DNA of 7,944 nt. It comes from Vitrella brassicaformis CCMP3155 (Eukaryota > Protista > Chromerida). The notes under the pieces are model-generated. The model was not told where the DNA came from. It made no database searches and was given only the letters and a program-made list of their open reading frames with translations. How positions within the stretch are numbered: the first letter of the stretch is position 1; each line of letters begins with the position of its first letter. The stretch lies in assembly GCA_001179505.1 (NCBI GenBank), contig CDMY01000960.1:1-7944 (forward strand). Reading direction: 5' to 3'. A program made the position numbers and the translations under genes. Shown here piece by piece: positions 5,189 to 7,944 of this stretch.

Positions 5189-7713
5189 ATGAGTGTCATT
5201 GATCGGCAGGCGGCTTACGGAAGGAGCCTGCGTCCCAAGCGGCACCACGTGACCATCAAGGAGACCATCGATGACTACAAGAAGCTGGAGAAGGTCGCCA
5301 CTGCGGCGCACATGATATCAACAGCCAGGTGATGTGCACAATGGCTGCACCGGCATGCCCCCCACAATGCATGGGGTTTCTCTCGTGTACGCGTCGTGCA
5401 GGGTCCAGCGTGCTGCCGCGATATGGAATCGCTTCAAGACCTTCTATCAAGGCATCACTTGGGTGAGCGAGGATTTGAAACAGCCGATGCCACGAAGCTC
5501 GAGGTGTGCAATTGTATGTGTGTCAGATGACTCGAGCACTGCTGCCCCACGTGCTTCGGGTACAACAGTGGGAGGACGCGAGAGATATGACCCGGAAGGA
5601 ACGAGAGGAGGCAAGAGCACCGAGAGAGGTGGGTGGCCATGCGCTGAGCACTGTGCGTCTATAACGGATTGGCACCTCTTCGTCGTTTCAGGTTGGTCGT
5701 CTGTATCGCCTTCTGCGTGAACACCCGCAGAAGCGATCTGCCGTGCTCCTGCTCGTCGGAAGTGACTCTGGTAGACGTCCATGGCGTTCGATTCGCACCT
5801 ACATCGCCATCAACTGTCGCATCTGCAGGCAAGTGTGGTGGTTTGAACGAAGCAGTGCTGCTGCGCGCCAAGAAGCGAGTCATTCAGCTGGCGAAAGAGG
5901 TCAGGCGGGCAATAAAATAAACGAAAGCGTACATTCGTCTGAGTGTCCCTGTGTTGCATTTTGCAGGGTGTGGAAGTGCTTAGTTTCATCGTCGTGGGCC
6001 ACCGTCTGTTTGAGCAGCTGAAGGACGCAGACGCAGGCCGTCTCATAATCCAGCAGTACCCGAGTGGGCGGCAACCCGATGGAAGCCTTGCTAAGAACAT
6101 CACACGACAGATGGTCAACTGGTACACAGGTGAGACCAATGGATGTGCAGAGCTTGCCATGACACGGTACTGCTTTCTGTCTTGGCTTGCGCAGAGGATT
6201 CGCCCAGGATCGATGCGGCGGAGGCCATCTTTTGTCGGTTGAAAGCTGATGGCTACCGAGAGGTGGCTCTCACCCCCCTGCTGCCCGTGTCCATCCCGCT
6301 GTACGACTCAGACGCATTCAAACTTACGACAGATCACGGCAGGTCGGCAACAAACAAATGCCTACCGAACAACACACAAACAACAAACACTCGTTAGTAA
6401 AATGCTCTACTTGTGCCGTGTGGCGTGTATGCAGGGTGAAAGTGATGAACAGCCCTCTCGCGTCCACCGCGCCAGGGGTGTACGACATCTCCAAATACTC
6501 CTTCTACCTGCAGGACGAGGAGAGCGTCTTCCGCAACCTGGTCCCTACCTTCCTCTTCGCACAGCTGCTGAGGGCGATGGTGGACTCGTGCGGTGCTGAG
6601 GCAGCCGCAAGGATGTCGTCACACGACAAGCGAGCACGTGAGGAACAGACAGCGGTGCACGCCAGCAATGCCTCTTGTGTACCTGCCTGTGTTTTCCTGC
6701 CATCAGAGGCGATTCAGGGTATGATTGGCGATCTCGAGAAGGAGTACATCAAGGCCAAGCAGGCGTTCATCACGCGTCAGGTGGTCGAGCAGTCGAATGC
6801 AGCTATCAACGTGGAGGACAGGTGGCGACCGGGCGAGCCTCTGGAACACTCACTGCAGCGTCTCTACGTGCAAGAGCTTCAGCGGACATCCTCCCCCTCC
6901 CCCATTCCATCCCCACTCAACGCGACCCTCTCCACCGCTCTATCCGACACGCAGGCGACTGAGTTCACGTCGGCTATACGCGATCTCGGCAGCGGAGAGA
7001 AGCTCTGGCAGACGATCTTCGACGAAAGTGAAGACAGGGGCAGCGACAGGGAAGAGCGCACTCCTGACTGGGTATCGTCTCTTGGTGGCTTCTCGTCGGA
7101 CGAGTTCAACGAAGATGAGCGCGCTGACGAGGCGGCTTCGTTTGCACCAGACGAGGAGTTGACCGACTCATCATTACTGACGAGACTAGAGATTATGGGG
7201 GGTGACAATGAGGACTTGTTTCCGGCTCTGAGGCACCCACGGCAAGACGAAAGGCTAGAGTCTCTGCTTAAACGAGAAGTTAATGAGTCGTCGGCTGAGA
7301 GGGTGGATGAAGTGGCGAGGGGGGATGACAGCAATGAAGGCGACCTCGACCTATGGATGTTGAATCCGTCAAGGCAAGAAGCAGAGGAGGCTCTGACAAC
7401 GAAGACAGGGGAGGCCCCATCAGGGGAAGGGGAGGGAAAGAGAGTCATGGTCGATCACATGGGCGTTGTCTTGCCGTCGCCACCAAAGGGACGTCTGGCG
7501 GCGACGAAGAGGCAAAGAAGGTCTCCAACGGCGCGCCAGTCGCATCGAAATGTGACGTCTGCGGTTGCGAGTGTAGACAGGCGGAGCAAGAAAAAGGCTG
7601 AAGGACAGGCAGACGTGCTGGACCTCAGGTTAGGGAGCAAGGATCAGAGGATTGGTCACGATTCGGATGGGAAGCACGTATCGAGGCAGCACAGGGAGCC
7701 ACAGACACATTAG
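5063..7713 (+). CDS. atpC: Plastid-type F1 ATP synthase gamma subunit-like protein (divergent) with N-terminal targeting leader and long C-terminal extension. Exons: 5063-5328, 5402-5462, 5527-5628, 5692-5770, 5829-5899, 5967-6129, 6195-6342, 6435-6637, 6707-7713 (2100 nt, 699 aa + stop)
   Basis: The spliced frame shows gamma landmarks in order: N-terminal helix (KKLEKVATAAHMISTARVQRA, cf. KKIT.AM..VAAAK.RRA); AVLLLVGSDSGKCGGLN (cf. V.TxDRGLCGGFN); SFIVVG; RIDAAEAIF..LTPLLP; the cyanobacterial/plastid-type segment DAFKLTTDHGRVKV (cf. E.FRLTT.EG); LVPTFLFAQLLRAMVDSCGAEAAARMSS; and EYIKAKQAFITRQVVE (cf. YN.ARQA.IT.EILE). All 8 introns (58-92 nt) are GT..CAG and phase-compatible. The exact start (5063/5066 vs 5189) is less certain. 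Confidence 0.85.
6805..7713 (+). other. 302-aa low-complexity C-terminal extension of the gamma-like protein
   Basis: The frame stays open for 302 codons beyond the point where gamma subunits normally end (..ITRQVVEQSNAA). It has a Ser/Pro patch, an acidic middle and a Lys/Arg-rich end, with stop TAG at 7711-7713. Confidence 0.7.
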
Positions 7714-7944
7714 ACGGCGCATGGAAGGGTGTTGAGCCGTTTTCGCATTTAAGCCAGGCTGCATATCATGCGCTTCAACTTAACGAATGAATCAAGTGAC
7801 AATGGGCTTAGCTATGAGGCGTGCCCCCAATGATTGAGTCGGTTATTTCTCGGCTGTTTCTCCTCCTTTTCGGATGAGGGAGCGTGTATCGGACTACACC
7901 CAACCCCCCCCAGTGACCCTCATCCCGCGAGACGGCGGCGGGCC

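Noticed and set aside
6879-7448. 189-aa Ser-rich minus-strand ORF
   Set aside because: Antisense of the acidic gamma extension; its Ser/Leu richness mirrors GAA/GAG/GAC codons on the plus strand.
5063-7713. Assignment as the mitochondrial ATP synthase gamma subunit
   Set aside because: The FKLTTxxG segment is characteristic of cyanobacterial/plastid gamma and the leader looks like a signal peptide rather than a mitochondrial presequence.
1-7944. CRISPR array, rRNA/tRNA, transposon or prophage
   Set aside because: No regularly spaced repeats, RNA-gene signatures, terminal repeats or transposase motifs were seen; the sequence is intron-rich eukaryotic DNA.

Overview
Eukaryotic genomic DNA with dense, short (58-105 nt) GT-AG introns and simple-repeat-rich non-coding stretches. 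The style and gene content suggest a photosynthetic alveolate such as a chromerid (Vitrella-like); this is inference only. Two multi-exon genes were reconstructed by hand, arranged head-to-head. (1) Minus strand, 2721 to at least 4703: a cation diffusion facilitator of the ZnT2/SLC30 type, at least 10 exons and at least 408 aa, with both HxxxD zinc-site motifs and a long His/Cys-rich loop; its 5' end is unresolved. (2) Plus strand, 5063-7713: a 9-exon, 699-aa, strongly diverged plastid-type ATP synthase gamma subunit (AtpC-like) with an apparent bipartite targeting leader and an unexpected 302-aa C-terminal extension. Positions 1-2700 are mostly non-coding, with a possible terminal exon at 1-75 (+) and a possible 21-nt first exon at 1042-1062 (-). 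No RNA genes, mobile elements or CRISPR arrays were seen. Most ORFs in the supplied track are intron read-throughs or antisense shadows.
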